Shown here in pieces: positions 20,122 to 29,057 of a DNA stretch of 64,000 nucleotides. The position numbers and the translations under genes were made by a program. Origin of the DNA: Candidatus Latescibacterota bacterium (GTDB lineage Bacteria > Latescibacterota > UBA2968 > UBA8231); contig OZ242005.1 of NCBI GenBank assembly GCA_965204725.1, positions 4,448,001 to 4,512,000 on the forward strand, written 5' to 3'. Numbering within the stretch: position 1 is the first letter of the stretch; the number at the start of each line of letters is the position of its first letter. The notes below the pieces were generated by a model. It had not been told where the DNA came from. It did not search any database and was given only the letters and a program-made list of their open reading frames with translations.

Positions 20122-21390
20122 TTAGAGCCCCAGATGGTCGTTGATCTCGGCTTGGTACGCGTTGATCTGGTCGTCGCACACCGCGTCAACCGAGAGTGCC
20201 CGGCCGGCGACTTGCGACTCCAGCAAGCTATAGGACAGGCCCACGGCGCGAGTGCCGCGATGGGCGTCCACTTCGGGCTGGCTGCCCTGTTGAATACAGG
20301 TGCCGAGCTCGTGGTATTCGATGGCGATTAGCTTGCGGTCGGTCTCGGGAAAGGGAAAGCGATACTCGTGCAGCCGGTCGCCGCCGAAGAGCGCAGCCGT
20401 GGCCTCGTCGAGGCGGTGATCGGGCACGAGGTCGAGCAAGGCGTGGTCGTCTATGGGGTCTGCGCCGTCGAGGTGGAGCGTGAGGCGATTGCCCGAGCGG
20501 TCGCCGGGCAGGTCCAGCGAACCGCGGCTGCCGTGGATGGACCGCCGCGACAGGTTTTGACCGTGGGCCGCGTGGTCTTCGATGTACTGGGCGACCGCGC
20601 CGCTTTTGAAGAGGATGGTGGCGTAGGCCGCGTCGTCTGCGGTCGCGGCAAACTCCGCGGGCATGTCTTTTTGCCAGCGTTCATAAACGCCCCCGGGCGA
20701 ACCGCCGCTGATGTCGCGACCGGCTACGGGGTTTTTGCGGGTCGGCTCGTGTAGGCGCGTTTGCGCGTAGGCCGTGTCGGCTTCTCCGAGGAAGTACTCC
20801 ATGATGTCGGCAAAGTGAACGCCCACGTCGAGGAGGACGCCGCTGGCGTTTTTCTGGTGCCGCCACACGGAAATGAGCATGCTGTCGCCGCCGCCCATGG
20901 CGATTTGCTGCATCAGGCGCGGACGCCCAATGACGCCGGCGTCGAGCAGGGCTTTGGCGAGGCGGTTTACGGGGTCGCGGCGATAATTTTCGGCCACTGA
21001 GAGGACGCACCCGGTCTCTTGGGCTTTGGCGATCATCTGCTTACAGGCGCGGGTGGTAAGCCCCATGGGTTTTTCGCACATCGCGTGCCAGCCGCGCTCC
21101 ATGGCCTCGATGGCTACCGTGTGGTGATGGGCCGGTAAGGTGGTGATGTCAACGGCTTGGACCGGGGCGACGGCAGCCAGCTCGGCGAGGTCTTTGACGG
21201 GTTGGGGCCGCGTCCCTAGCCGTTCTTCGGCTTGGTCGGCGAGCGAGCGGGCGTTGTCGAGGTTGGGGTCGCAGACTCCCACCAGCTCAAAGGGCGACAG
21301 GCCAGCACTTTGCAACTCGGCGAGGCCGTAGAGATGGCGGTGGCCCATGCCGCCGCAACCGACGATGGCGAGGGGCAGTTTTTCAGACAT
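20122..21390 (-). CDS. Gfo/Idh/MocA family oxidoreductase
   Basis: IVGCGGMG, CEKPM, LLDVGVHFAD; ATG at 21390 preferred from the RBS. Confidence 0.92.
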   Translation of the reverse strand: MSEKLPLAIVGCGGMGHRHLYGLAELQSAGLSPFELVGVCDPNLDNARSLADQAEERLGTRPQPVKDLAELAAVAPVQAVDITTLPAHHHTVAIEAMERGWHAMCEKPMGLTTRACKQMIAKAQETGCVLSVAENYRRDPVNRLAKALLDAGVIGRPRLMQQIAMGGGDSMLISVWRHQKNASGVLLDVGVHFADIMEYFLGEADTAYAQTRLHEPTRKNPVAGRDISGGSPGGVYERWQKDMPAEFAATADDAAYATILFKSGAVAQYIEDHAAHGQNLSRRSIHGSRGSLDLPGDRSGNRLTLHLDGADPIDDHALLDLVPDHRLDEATAALFGGDRLHEYRFPFPETDRKLIAIEYHELGTCIQQGSQPEVDAHRGTRAVGLSYSLLESQVAGRALSVDAVCDDQINAYQAEINDHLGL

Positions 21391-21523
21391 ATCCATCCTT
21401 TCTATTGAATAGTTCAATATAAGGTGCTAGGGCGATGCTCTCCACTTGAGGTTGTGGCGGTAAAAGGCGGCAGGTATATTCCGTCACAATTTCGCATCTG
21501 AAGCCGAAGGGGGCGGACGATAC

Positions 21524-22075
21524 ATGACAATCGTCGAACATATTGCTACAGCGGCGGACTTGGAACGACTACCGGACGACGGGTTCCGCTACGAATTAGT
21601 AGATGGGGAGGTGCGTAAGATGACGCCGGCAGGCAATGAACACGGCAGAATCGCCGCGTTGGTGACGGCATCGCTAGTACAGCATGTGCTGGTCAACCGC
21701 TTGGGATCGGTCTATGCGGCGGAAACGGGATTCCGGCTGGCGGCAGACCCGGATACGGTTCGGGCACCGGATGCGGCTTTCGTGAGTCAGGCGCGGCTGG
21801 ATGCAGTCGGCTCGGTGGCTGGCTATTGGCCGGGCGCGCCTGATTTGGCGGTAGAGGTGGTTTCGCCGGGCGACCGCTATGCGGAGGTAGCGGAAAAGGT
21901 GGCCGCTTGGCTGGCGGCGGGGACGCAGATGGTGGTGGTCGTCGAGCCGCCGCAGCGCACGGTGGTGGTGCATCGTGCGGACGGTGTCACGCACACCTTG
22001 CGAGAGGGCGATGTATTGGAGGGCGGAGAAGTGGTGCCGGGGTGGAAGGTGCCCGTCACGGCACTGTTCGCCTAG
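21524..22075 (+). CDS. Uma2 family (DUF820) endonuclease
   Basis: RYELVDG...P...HG, VRAPDAAFV, PDLAVEVVSP, K...W...G...V.VVEP. Confidence 0.92.
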   Translation: MTIVEHIATAADLERLPDDGFRYELVDGEVRKMTPAGNEHGRIAALVTASLVQHVLVNRLGSVYAAETGFRLAADPDTVRAPDAAFVSQARLDAVGSVAGYWPGAPDLAVEVVSPGDRYAEVAEKVAAWLAAGTQMVVVVEPPQRTVVVHRADGVTHTLREGDVLEGGEVVPGWKVPVTALFA

Positions 22076-22095
22076 TGCCGAAAGCAAGAACACGT

Positions 22096-22126
22096 AGCGG
22101 CCTGCTGGAAATCAGTGGGCCGTTTT
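22096..22126 (+). terminator. Rho-independent terminator candidate after the Uma2 gene
   Basis: agcggcctgctg-gaaat-cagtgggccgt stem followed by ttt. Confidence 0.5.
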
Positions 22127-22171
22127 GCGTGCATTTGGCATAGAGAGGCCGCTTTCAAAGTGGTGCGCCAC

Positions 22172-22623
22172 TCGTCTCTAAGTTATACACCAACCCGCTC
22201 AACATCGCAAGATCGGCCAGATAGTTGGCCTTGCGGTTCTCGTCCATCGGCACCTGTTGCGCCCGATTCACACACTGGCGCAACCAGCCCTCGGCATCGA
22301 CGCCCACCGGCGGCTGCATCAGCGGCGCGAACGGCAGCAAGCCGGAAGGTCCCGCGTCGAGGATGCGTTGGCCGTCTATCTCGATCAGCCGGATGACCTT
22401 GTATTGGACTAAGACGCGGTAGCCGGGACGCTCTTGGACGTAGTAGCCCGGGTCATTTCGGCCGGCGTCTGGACGGAGATAGATGACGTTGGAATAGATC
22501 GGCCGGCGGTGTTGCTCAATGCCGCGTCCGATATAGCCGGCCATGCGGAGGGGCATGGGGGGGTTGCTGTCGGTGGTTTGGAACTCGTGATGGATCAACG
22601 CCTTCTGGTCGCCAATTTTGACG
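22172..22623 (-). pseudogene. Internal fragment of an Rpn nuclease gene (copy 2)
   Basis: Near-identical to codons VKIGDQ...VYNLET of 8857..9783 and 31721..32668; lacks both termini. Confidence 0.9.
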
Positions 22624-23556
22624 CTATAGGTCCGACCGCGGCGCGACGGAAAACCCCACCGAATCCACCGACGCCGAACCAAACAGGCCGATACCGCCCT
22701 CCACCTCGAAGAACGGTCGCTCAAAATTTTCGCCGGCCAGCCCCCCGGCAAAGCCACCCTGCTCCTGCTGGTCGGAACTGGAGCGGGCGTACTCGAACCA
22801 GTTGTGGTCGAGCGCGTACACCTTTACCAAGGTGCGGCCTTCAAAGAGCACGGCGAGCCACGGCATCCGCATGATGCCGTCGCTTACGCTTAGGGGCGGC
22901 GACTGGTTGGCGCGCAGGGCTTCGGGGTCGTCCTCGTCGAAGAAGTCCAGTATATCGTCGTCGAGAGGTTTCAAATTGGGTTCCGTGGCGAACATGCCCA
23001 GTTGGTACGCGTCCGCCGCCACGTTCTCTAAGCGGATTTCGAGCAAGTCCTCGCGATAAACGAGCTGATTCTCCGGCGCGGTGTACACCTCGTCCCCGGC
23101 CTCGGCAAAGGTCTTGAGGGGGCGCAGGACCTCCAGCGTCTCCTCATCTATCAGCACCGTCTCCCGCACCCGCACCCGGTCCGGCGTGGTCGTGCGGGCT
23201 TGGATCCTCTTTCCCTCCACTTCCACTTCTAGCCGGTACTCGGTCTGCGCCTCCACCTGCGCCGCCTCTGGTGGGGGCACATAGCGGCCGGGCCAATCCT
23301 CATCGGCCGCGTACTCAAAGACTTGGGACCCTTGCACAATCTGCACCCGGGCGTCGGTCACCCCGGCCGCAGCTTGGCTATAGAGCTGGGAGGCGGGTAG
23401 GACGCGCCGCACGAATATAGGCGGCAGGGGTTGGTCCACGAGCAGCACCCCGTCCACCACCCACTCGCTACCCTCATCCACCGAGCCGAAGAAATCCCCC
23501 GGCTGGCGTTCGGCCGCACAGGCCGTTAGGCACAGGGCGATAAAGAAATAGCGCAT
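22624..23556 (-). CDS. DUF4249-like lipoprotein partner of the TonB-dependent receptor
   Basis: Lipobox LTAC; VVDGVL, GRYV...EYRLEV, C-terminal VEGGIGLFGSA. Confidence 0.8.
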   Translation of the reverse strand: MRYFFIALCLTACAAERQPGDFFGSVDEGSEWVVDGVLLVDQPLPPIFVRRVLPASQLYSQAAAGVTDARVQIVQGSQVFEYAADEDWPGRYVPPPEAAQVEAQTEYRLEVEVEGKRIQARTTTPDRVRVRETVLIDEETLEVLRPLKTFAEAGDEVYTAPENQLVYREDLLEIRLENVAADAYQLGMFATEPNLKPLDDDILDFFDEDDPEALRANQSPPLSVSDGIMRMPWLAVLFEGRTLVKVYALDHNWFEYARSSSDQQEQGGFAGGLAGENFERPFFEVEGGIGLFGSASVDSVGFSVAPRSDL

Positions 23557-23591
23557 GATCTTCACTCCAAGAAAACAATTGAATCGCCAAG

Positions 23592-23705
23592 CTAAGTACG
23601 CGACACCTACTTCGAGTACGCATTTTCTGCTGCTCCCACTGCGTCTGGGATCGAGGGCGGGACGCCCTCGATCCTTGGAAAGCTGGAGTTGGTGTCGGGT
23701 AGTAA
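23592..23705. mobile_element. 114-bp MITE with perfect 10-bp target-site duplication
   Basis: Ends ctaagtacgcgacacc / ggtgtcgggtagtaa; aatcgccaag at 23582-23591 and 23706-23715; internal hairpin gatcgagggc-gggac-gccctcgatc; second copy at 50820-50954. Confidence 0.88.
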
Positions 23706-23740
23706 AATCGCCAAGTCAAACGGCGACCCGCGCCTCCTCC

Positions 23741-26023
23741 TCAAAACGCGAATTTGAAGCCCAGCGTGGGCATGATGGGCAATTGTCGGACCACCTGCGG
23801 CTCGGTGCCGGGATTGTCCGCATCGAACTGCACGAACCACTCGTTGCGCCGGCTGTACAGATTGAACACCTGCACGTAGAACTCGCTGTCGGTCCCCCAC
23901 AGGCCGAACTGGCGGCTGACGCTAACGTCGAGGCGATGGTAGGGCAGCAGGCGGGCGCTGTTGCGCCGAGCCGGCAGCACGTAGTCCTCCTCCACGCCGG
24001 TAGTCGGTACGCGCAGCGTATAGCGGGCCGCGGCTGGCGTGAAGGCCTGTCCGGTGGCATATACGAGGTTCGAGCCCAAGCGCCAGTCCCCCGCGTTGTA
24101 CGAGACCACAAAGGATAGGTCGTGGCGGCGGTCGTACTTGGGGGGGAAGGCACGCCCTTCGTTCAATTCGGGGAAGGTGCGCCGCGTCCAGCCGAGGGTA
24201 TAGCCCACCCAGCCAGTGAGGGCACCGGTGCGCCGCTGCAAGAAGACCTCTAGGCCGCCGGCCCAGCCGTGGCCGCCGCTCTTGAATATGTCGTCCGAGC
24301 GCGTGTCCTCGCTATCCGCGGCCACGGCGTTGTCTAGCACCACCAGATTTGCCAAGTCCGTGTAGTAAGCCTCGACCGAGAGTTGGTAGCGCCGCACCGG
24401 ATTCCACTCGGCCCCCACCACGCCCTGATACGAGCGGCCCGGCTCCACGGTGCTGTCGAGCGGGACCCAAAAATCGCCGCCGCTAAAGGCTTCGGTGGTG
24501 ACCAATTGCAGGTACTGGCGGTACATCCCGGCCGCGGCCTTGAGCCGAACTTTTTCGCTGAGCACCCGGCTCAGGGAGAGCCGCGGCATGAAGTGCAGGC
24601 GGTCGCCGACGCTAAAGTACGTACCCCGTCCTCCGAGGCGCAGCCGCGTCAGCGGCCCGGCCTGCCATTCGTCCTGCACATAGGCCGAAAGCAGCACCGG
24701 CTCTTGGCGCAAATCGGACTGGTCCTGCTGGTTGAAGGACTGGGCAAAGCGGAACTCAAAGAAGGTGGCCAAAAACCCGAGGGACAGGGTGTGGTCGCGG
24801 TGGGCGAAGTAGTCGATGTCCCCCTTGAGCGACAAATCGCGGATGCTGTTGGTAATGCGGAAGGGGGTGTCGAAGAAACTGAACGAGAGGATGCTCTCGT
24901 ACGACGAGCCAGCCGCCATAAAGTGGCCGAACAGAGCCGGCGAGAACACCCGCTTCCAGTGCGCGGTCAGGGCGCGGTTGCCCCAGCGCAGATCGGCGAA
25001 GGCCTCTTCCGCCGTCTCTCCTGTATCGGCAAAATCGAACCGCAGATCGTCTTGGCCCCAGTACGTGCTGACCGAAAAGGTGTCGTCCCCCCACCGCTGG
25101 TTGACTTTGCCGTTGAAGTCGTAGAAGTAATAGTTCAACGGAATATCCACTCCGCGAGCGCGAAGGGCACTGAACACAGGTTCCAGATACGTGCGGCGGC
25201 CGGCCATCATCCACGACCCTTGTCCCACCGGCCCTTCGGCTAGCAAGCGGCTCGCGATTAGGCTGACGCCGCCCCGGCCGCTGAAGCGTTGTCGGTTACC
25301 CTCGCGATTGCTCACGTCGAGCACCGCCCCGAGCGTGCGGCCGTACGCGGCCGGGTAAGCCCCTTTGTATAGCTGGACATCCTTGATGGCGTCCGGGTTG
25401 AAGGTGGAGAAGAAGCCGAAGAGGTGGGAGGGATTGTACAGGGGAATGTTATCGAGGAGGATGGCCGTTTGGTCGGGACCGCCGCCGCGCACGTACAGGC
25501 CGCTGCTAATATCCGAAGCCGACTGGATGCCCGGGAGGAGTTGCAAGCTGCGGAGGAGATCGGCCTCGCCAATGGCCGGCATTTGCTGCAACGGCTCGAC
25601 CTGTAGGGCGATAAAACTGCTCTGGGTGGCCTGCTCCAGTTCTTCGCTGCGCTCGGCCTCCACCAAGACCTCTTCGCCAATATCGACCGGCTTGGGCGTC
25701 AGCACCACGTCGAGCCGCACGGCCTCGTTGTCGGCAAACCGCAGCGTGTCCCGCTGGGTCTGGTAGCCTATGTGCGACGTGCTCACCACGTGCAGACCAC
25801 TCGGCACTTGCTGGACTGCGTAGTAGCCGCTGGAGTTGCTGACCGCCCCCAGTTGAAGCCCCTCCACCACGACCGAGGCCAAACTCAGGGCTTCGCCGTT
25901 GTCGGCATCGGTGACAAAGCCGCTCAGGGTCGCCGCCGACGCCGACCCCGCCCAGAGAAGCCACGCGGCCAGCACTCGTAAGCCGCTCAGCCTATTCTGC
26001 GCGGTCTTGCCAATTTTCGTCAT
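23741..26023 (-). CDS. TonB-dependent receptor with N-terminal carboxypeptidase-regulatory-like domain
   Basis: Signal peptide; LSGFVTDADNGEAL; plug LQLLPGI...LYVRGG.PDQ; C-terminal YHRLD...NLYSRRN...GFKFAF. Confidence 0.93.
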   Translation of the reverse strand: MTKIGKTAQNRLSGLRVLAAWLLWAGSASAATLSGFVTDADNGEALSLASVVVEGLQLGAVSNSSGYYAVQQVPSGLHVVSTSHIGYQTQRDTLRFADNEAVRLDVVLTPKPVDIGEEVLVEAERSEELEQATQSSFIALQVEPLQQMPAIGEADLLRSLQLLPGIQSASDISSGLYVRGGGPDQTAILLDNIPLYNPSHLFGFFSTFNPDAIKDVQLYKGAYPAAYGRTLGAVLDVSNREGNRQRFSGRGGVSLIASRLLAEGPVGQGSWMMAGRRTYLEPVFSALRARGVDIPLNYYFYDFNGKVNQRWGDDTFSVSTYWGQDDLRFDFADTGETAEEAFADLRWGNRALTAHWKRVFSPALFGHFMAAGSSYESILSFSFFDTPFRITNSIRDLSLKGDIDYFAHRDHTLSLGFLATFFEFRFAQSFNQQDQSDLRQEPVLLSAYVQDEWQAGPLTRLRLGGRGTYFSVGDRLHFMPRLSLSRVLSEKVRLKAAAGMYRQYLQLVTTEAFSGGDFWVPLDSTVEPGRSYQGVVGAEWNPVRRYQLSVEAYYTDLANLVVLDNAVAADSEDTRSDDIFKSGGHGWAGGLEVFLQRRTGALTGWVGYTLGWTRRTFPELNEGRAFPPKYDRRHDLSFVVSYNAGDWRLGSNLVYATGQAFTPAAARYTLRVPTTGVEEDYVLPARRNSARLLPYHRLDVSVSRQFGLWGTDSEFYVQVFNLYSRRNEWFVQFDADNPGTEPQVVRQLPIMPTLGFKFAF

Positions 26024-26044
26024 ATCTGCTCAAATCTGCTTGGA

Positions 26045-26210
26045 GTCGGAACTTAGAAAAATCTATTGAGCGAGTTGCACCGGACGTTGTCAAGTCCCGG
26101 GGGGCGGGACTGCTGACGGACGAGAGGGTCCAGTTCACCATCACGTTGCACCGGACGTTGTCAAGCCCCGGGGGTCGGGACTTAGAAAAACATAGCGAGC
26201 GAGTTGCACC
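26045..26210 (+). CRISPR. Orphan CRISPR-like mini-array: two 37-bp repeats, one 34-bp self-matching spacer, degenerate flanking units
   Basis: R1 26074-26110 GTTGCACCGGACGTTGTCAAGTCCCGGGGGGCGGGAC; R2 26145-26181 (2 mismatches); spacer 26111-26144 identical to 2743-2776; partial repeats at 26045-26052 and 26203-26210 separated by related 21-bp linkers; no cas genes in window. Confidence 0.5.
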
Positions 26211-26468
26211 CTCGGCAAAACGGCTCGGGCCACCTATGACGTGCTTGACTATTAGGTCTAAAGGTACGTAATTTTTTGTTTAAGAAGATCATAGATGCAA
26301 TCCAATGGAAAGCTAAGACGCCTACATCGCCGCTAAGAAGTTGCCCCAAAAACCAGAGGAAGTTATCGCGGAACCCAAGGCATGGTGCTAGCTGGTCTTT
26401 CAGCGAATCCGGCCAGCGTAGCGGTGCTTTCTCATGGTCGTAATTCCTTCTGAGACAGGTTCTATCAA

Positions 26469-27911
26469 GTGCTCCGTGAGCTCCGCCGCCTCCCGTCGTT
26501 CGTAAACCACCACCGAAGTACTTGGCTGCTCAGCCTTTATCTAGGCTTGGCGCCGGTCTATCACTTGCCGGGCATTGGCAACGGGTATCTGCGCCTGTTC
26601 AAGGTCGCGCTCGCGATAGCGGCGGTAGCGGTTGTGTTGGTCCCGCCGCTGCTGTCGGGCAAGCTCCGGCTTCCGGCGTGGGCACTGGGGGTTCCGGGGT
26701 TTTTGGCCCTTATCTTCCTTTCGACCCCAGGGGTGGTCCAAGCCCCAGAGGTGTCCCTAAACATCATGTTCGCCATGGACATCGGGTTCGCCGCGGGGTT
26801 TATGTGGTGCTTCTTCTATCTAGCGCGTCAAGGAGAAAACGTCTCCGCCATCCTCACCCGCACCTTAGTCATAATTTTGCCCTTGGCCACAGTTGCGTTC
26901 GCGAGTGCGCTCGTCAAGATACCGAATTGGGCCGATCCCTGTGACCAGCTTTGGCGGCCGGAGTACAGCATAGGGTTCGGCTCCAGCCCAACTCAGTGGT
27001 CGATCAGCCTGATTCTCTTATTGCCCTCTATCGGCTTGCTGATGGCCGGGGCGACCGGGCATAGGGCTATGCTTGGTGCCGCGTTGGCCGGCATCCTCTT
27101 TGGCAGCCAATTTTTGACCGGCGGACGCACTGGTTTTCTAATATCAGCGGTTTCGATTGGCATATTGGCCTTCCTACAGCCATCGAGACGGTTGGCCCTC
27201 TCAGGGGTTGCCACCGGAGTATTGATCGCTGGGATGATCGTCTTTAGCCAAAACCAAGCATGCTCCAAACACATAGGGCTGGACCGAGTGTTGGCCCTAG
27301 CCGACGTGGACAGACCCCCGGCCCCCAAGCCGGTCGTGCGTACTGGGCCTTCTCTGCGCCCGCGAACAGGCCCCGGCGTGGACAGACCCTCCGAGCCCGC
27401 ATTATCCCCTTTTCTCGCCAGTTTGGACACGCTCGGCACCACCCGGTTCGAGGGGTACAAAATCAGCCTCAGACGGATTGCCGAGCGGCCCTTTCTTGGG
27501 CATGGGATAGAGAAGATATTGCTCAGGGGGCATCACAAGCCCGAAGTCGAGATTCACAACCTTTGGCTCAAGTGGTCGACATACAGTGGAATTCTCGCGC
27601 CGCTCTGGTTTGCGATTATGGTAGGACTCATCCTACTCATCGCTCTTAGGCTAGTTGCAAACCGCGACGACGCCCCGGAAAACAGGTTTGTTGCGGCCAT
27701 GTTGGGACTAATCGTAATATCGGGCCTCACGGCTTCGATGTTGGAACCCAATGCCCTCATCGGGTCGTTTCAGTACACCGCTATTTGGTGGGCGGCCGCC
27801 GGAGCACTAGCGGGCATCTACGCGAAGGAGCGCGGCCTCCGGGAGTGGTCAATGCGTTTCAGCACCAAGCGAGGGTTGGAGATTGAGCCGTCACATGCCG
27901 CTGTCAACTAG
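26469..27911 (+). CDS. O-antigen ligase / Wzy-like membrane protein
   Basis: Multi-TM; TGGRTG, R...RPFLGHG, IHNLWL motifs; start codon uncertain. Confidence 0.85.
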   Translation: MLRELRRLPSFVNHHRSTWLLSLYLGLAPVYHLPGIGNGYLRLFKVALAIAAVAVVLVPPLLSGKLRLPAWALGVPGFLALIFLSTPGVVQAPEVSLNIMFAMDIGFAAGFMWCFFYLARQGENVSAILTRTLVIILPLATVAFASALVKIPNWADPCDQLWRPEYSIGFGSSPTQWSISLILLLPSIGLLMAGATGHRAMLGAALAGILFGSQFLTGGRTGFLISAVSIGILAFLQPSRRLALSGVATGVLIAGMIVFSQNQACSKHIGLDRVLALADVDRPPAPKPVVRTGPSLRPRTGPGVDRPSEPALSPFLASLDTLGTTRFEGYKISLRRIAERPFLGHGIEKILLRGHHKPEVEIHNLWLKWSTYSGILAPLWFAIMVGLILLIALRLVANRDDAPENRFVAAMLGLIVISGLTASMLEPNALIGSFQYTAIWWAAAGALAGIYAKERGLREWSMRFSTKRGLEIEPSHAAVN

Positions 27912-27923
27912 CGACCTGTGGAC

Positions 27924-29057
27924 TTACTTGTTGCCCGTTTCGTCCCCAAGCGGCAGTAGATCCGTGAAGGCCCTCGCCAAGACATCCACTTCGTCGATGG
28001 ACAGATAGACGAGCGGCGGCAACGCAGCGGCGTTATCTCGCCACCTTAGCCAATTCTCCAGTGACACTTCGTTGAGGGCGGCCGCGGCCTCCTCAATAGT
28101 AACCGCGTCGAGGATCAAGCCGATGTCGTGTTTTCGCACCCCGTCGGCGTCCGCACAGCCGGCGCGGACGATAAGTGGCTTTTGGAATAGGCAGGCTTCA
28201 TAGTACCGGCTCGACTGGGACCATCCATGCGGAATCTCGGGCGGATAACAAGCCATTACTAGGTCAACGCTGTTATACAGAGCAGGCAGGCCTTCGGGAT
28301 AGCTGTACCCGCCTCGATATTCGATGTTGGGGCTGTTGTCAACTCGGGCTGAAAAATCCTCCAAAAACGGCGAGGGCGTACCGGCAAGAACGGCGGTGTA
28401 CTTGTGCGGCTCCAACCTCGTCAACTCCTCCAAAACCCGCATCGTCCACTCATCTCTCAGCCGGCCAAACCAGCCGATCCGAAGGGGCCGGTCCACGGCC
28501 GGGCCGGGCGGGTCAATCCTCGGTATTGATTTGACGAACTCTGGGTCCAGCTTGTTTTCGATAACCACGCTGGGGATTTCCGCGCCCAACCAGCGCAGGT
28601 AGTAGGGGAGATAACCGCTGGTTGTAAGCACCAACAAACTACAGCGGTCCACGGCGAGTTTCTCCAGCACCCGTACTGCCCGGCCGCTCCAACCACCGGC
28701 CACCTGCACCTCCTTAATGTCTGCGACCTCTAACACCAAGGGACGGTTTAATCCCAAGCCGGAAAGAGCCGCGAGGAAAGCGAGGTCGGAGTTGAAGGCA
28801 TAAACGATGTCGTTGCGGCGAATCGCTCGCCTCACCCTTGGTGCCGCAGCGAGGAGCTTGCCTATTCTGGTGGCATACTTCCGAGGGGGAATTGGCCCCA
28901 ACCGCTCGATGGGGCAGTCCGGCTGACGCCCCGAAAGCTGGCGTCGTTCAAAAGCGACCGCCTCGACATCAAACCCGCCCCGGTTGAGCATGTCAATGCG
29001 ACGGGCAATTCTGGTGTCGGTCAAGGTGGGAAGGATGCAGAGAATCTTAATGCTCAT
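27924..29057 (-). CDS. Glycosyltransferase (GT-B fold, GT4-like)
   Basis: RIARRIDML, LRIGWFGRLR, LYNSVDLV...SRYYEACLFQKPLI; ATGA overlap with the flippase stop. Confidence 0.85.
   Translation of the reverse strand: MSIKILCILPTLTDTRIARRIDMLNRGGFDVEAVAFERRQLSGRQPDCPIERLGPIPPRKYATRIGKLLAAAPRVRRAIRRNDIVYAFNSDLAFLAALSGLGLNRPLVLEVADIKEVQVAGGWSGRAVRVLEKLAVDRCSLLVLTTSGYLPYYLRWLGAEIPSVVIENKLDPEFVKSIPRIDPPGPAVDRPLRIGWFGRLRDEWTMRVLEELTRLEPHKYTAVLAGTPSPFLEDFSARVDNSPNIEYRGGYSYPEGLPALYNSVDLVMACYPPEIPHGWSQSSRYYEACLFQKPLIVRAGCADADGVRKHDIGLILDAVTIEEAAAALNEVSLENWLRWRDNAAALPPLVYLSIDEVDVLARAFTDLLPLGDETGNK

Noticed and set aside
22073-22143. Integron attC site after the Uma2 gene
   Set aside because: An imperfect palindrome is present but lacks RYYYAAC/GTTRRRY core sites, and no integrase is nearby; better explained as a terminator.
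26045-26210. TIGR-type array or canonical multi-spacer CRISPR locus
   Set aside because: Only two full repeats, no dual short-spacer periodicity and no adjacent effector gene; kept only as a CRISPR-like mini-array with moderate confidence.
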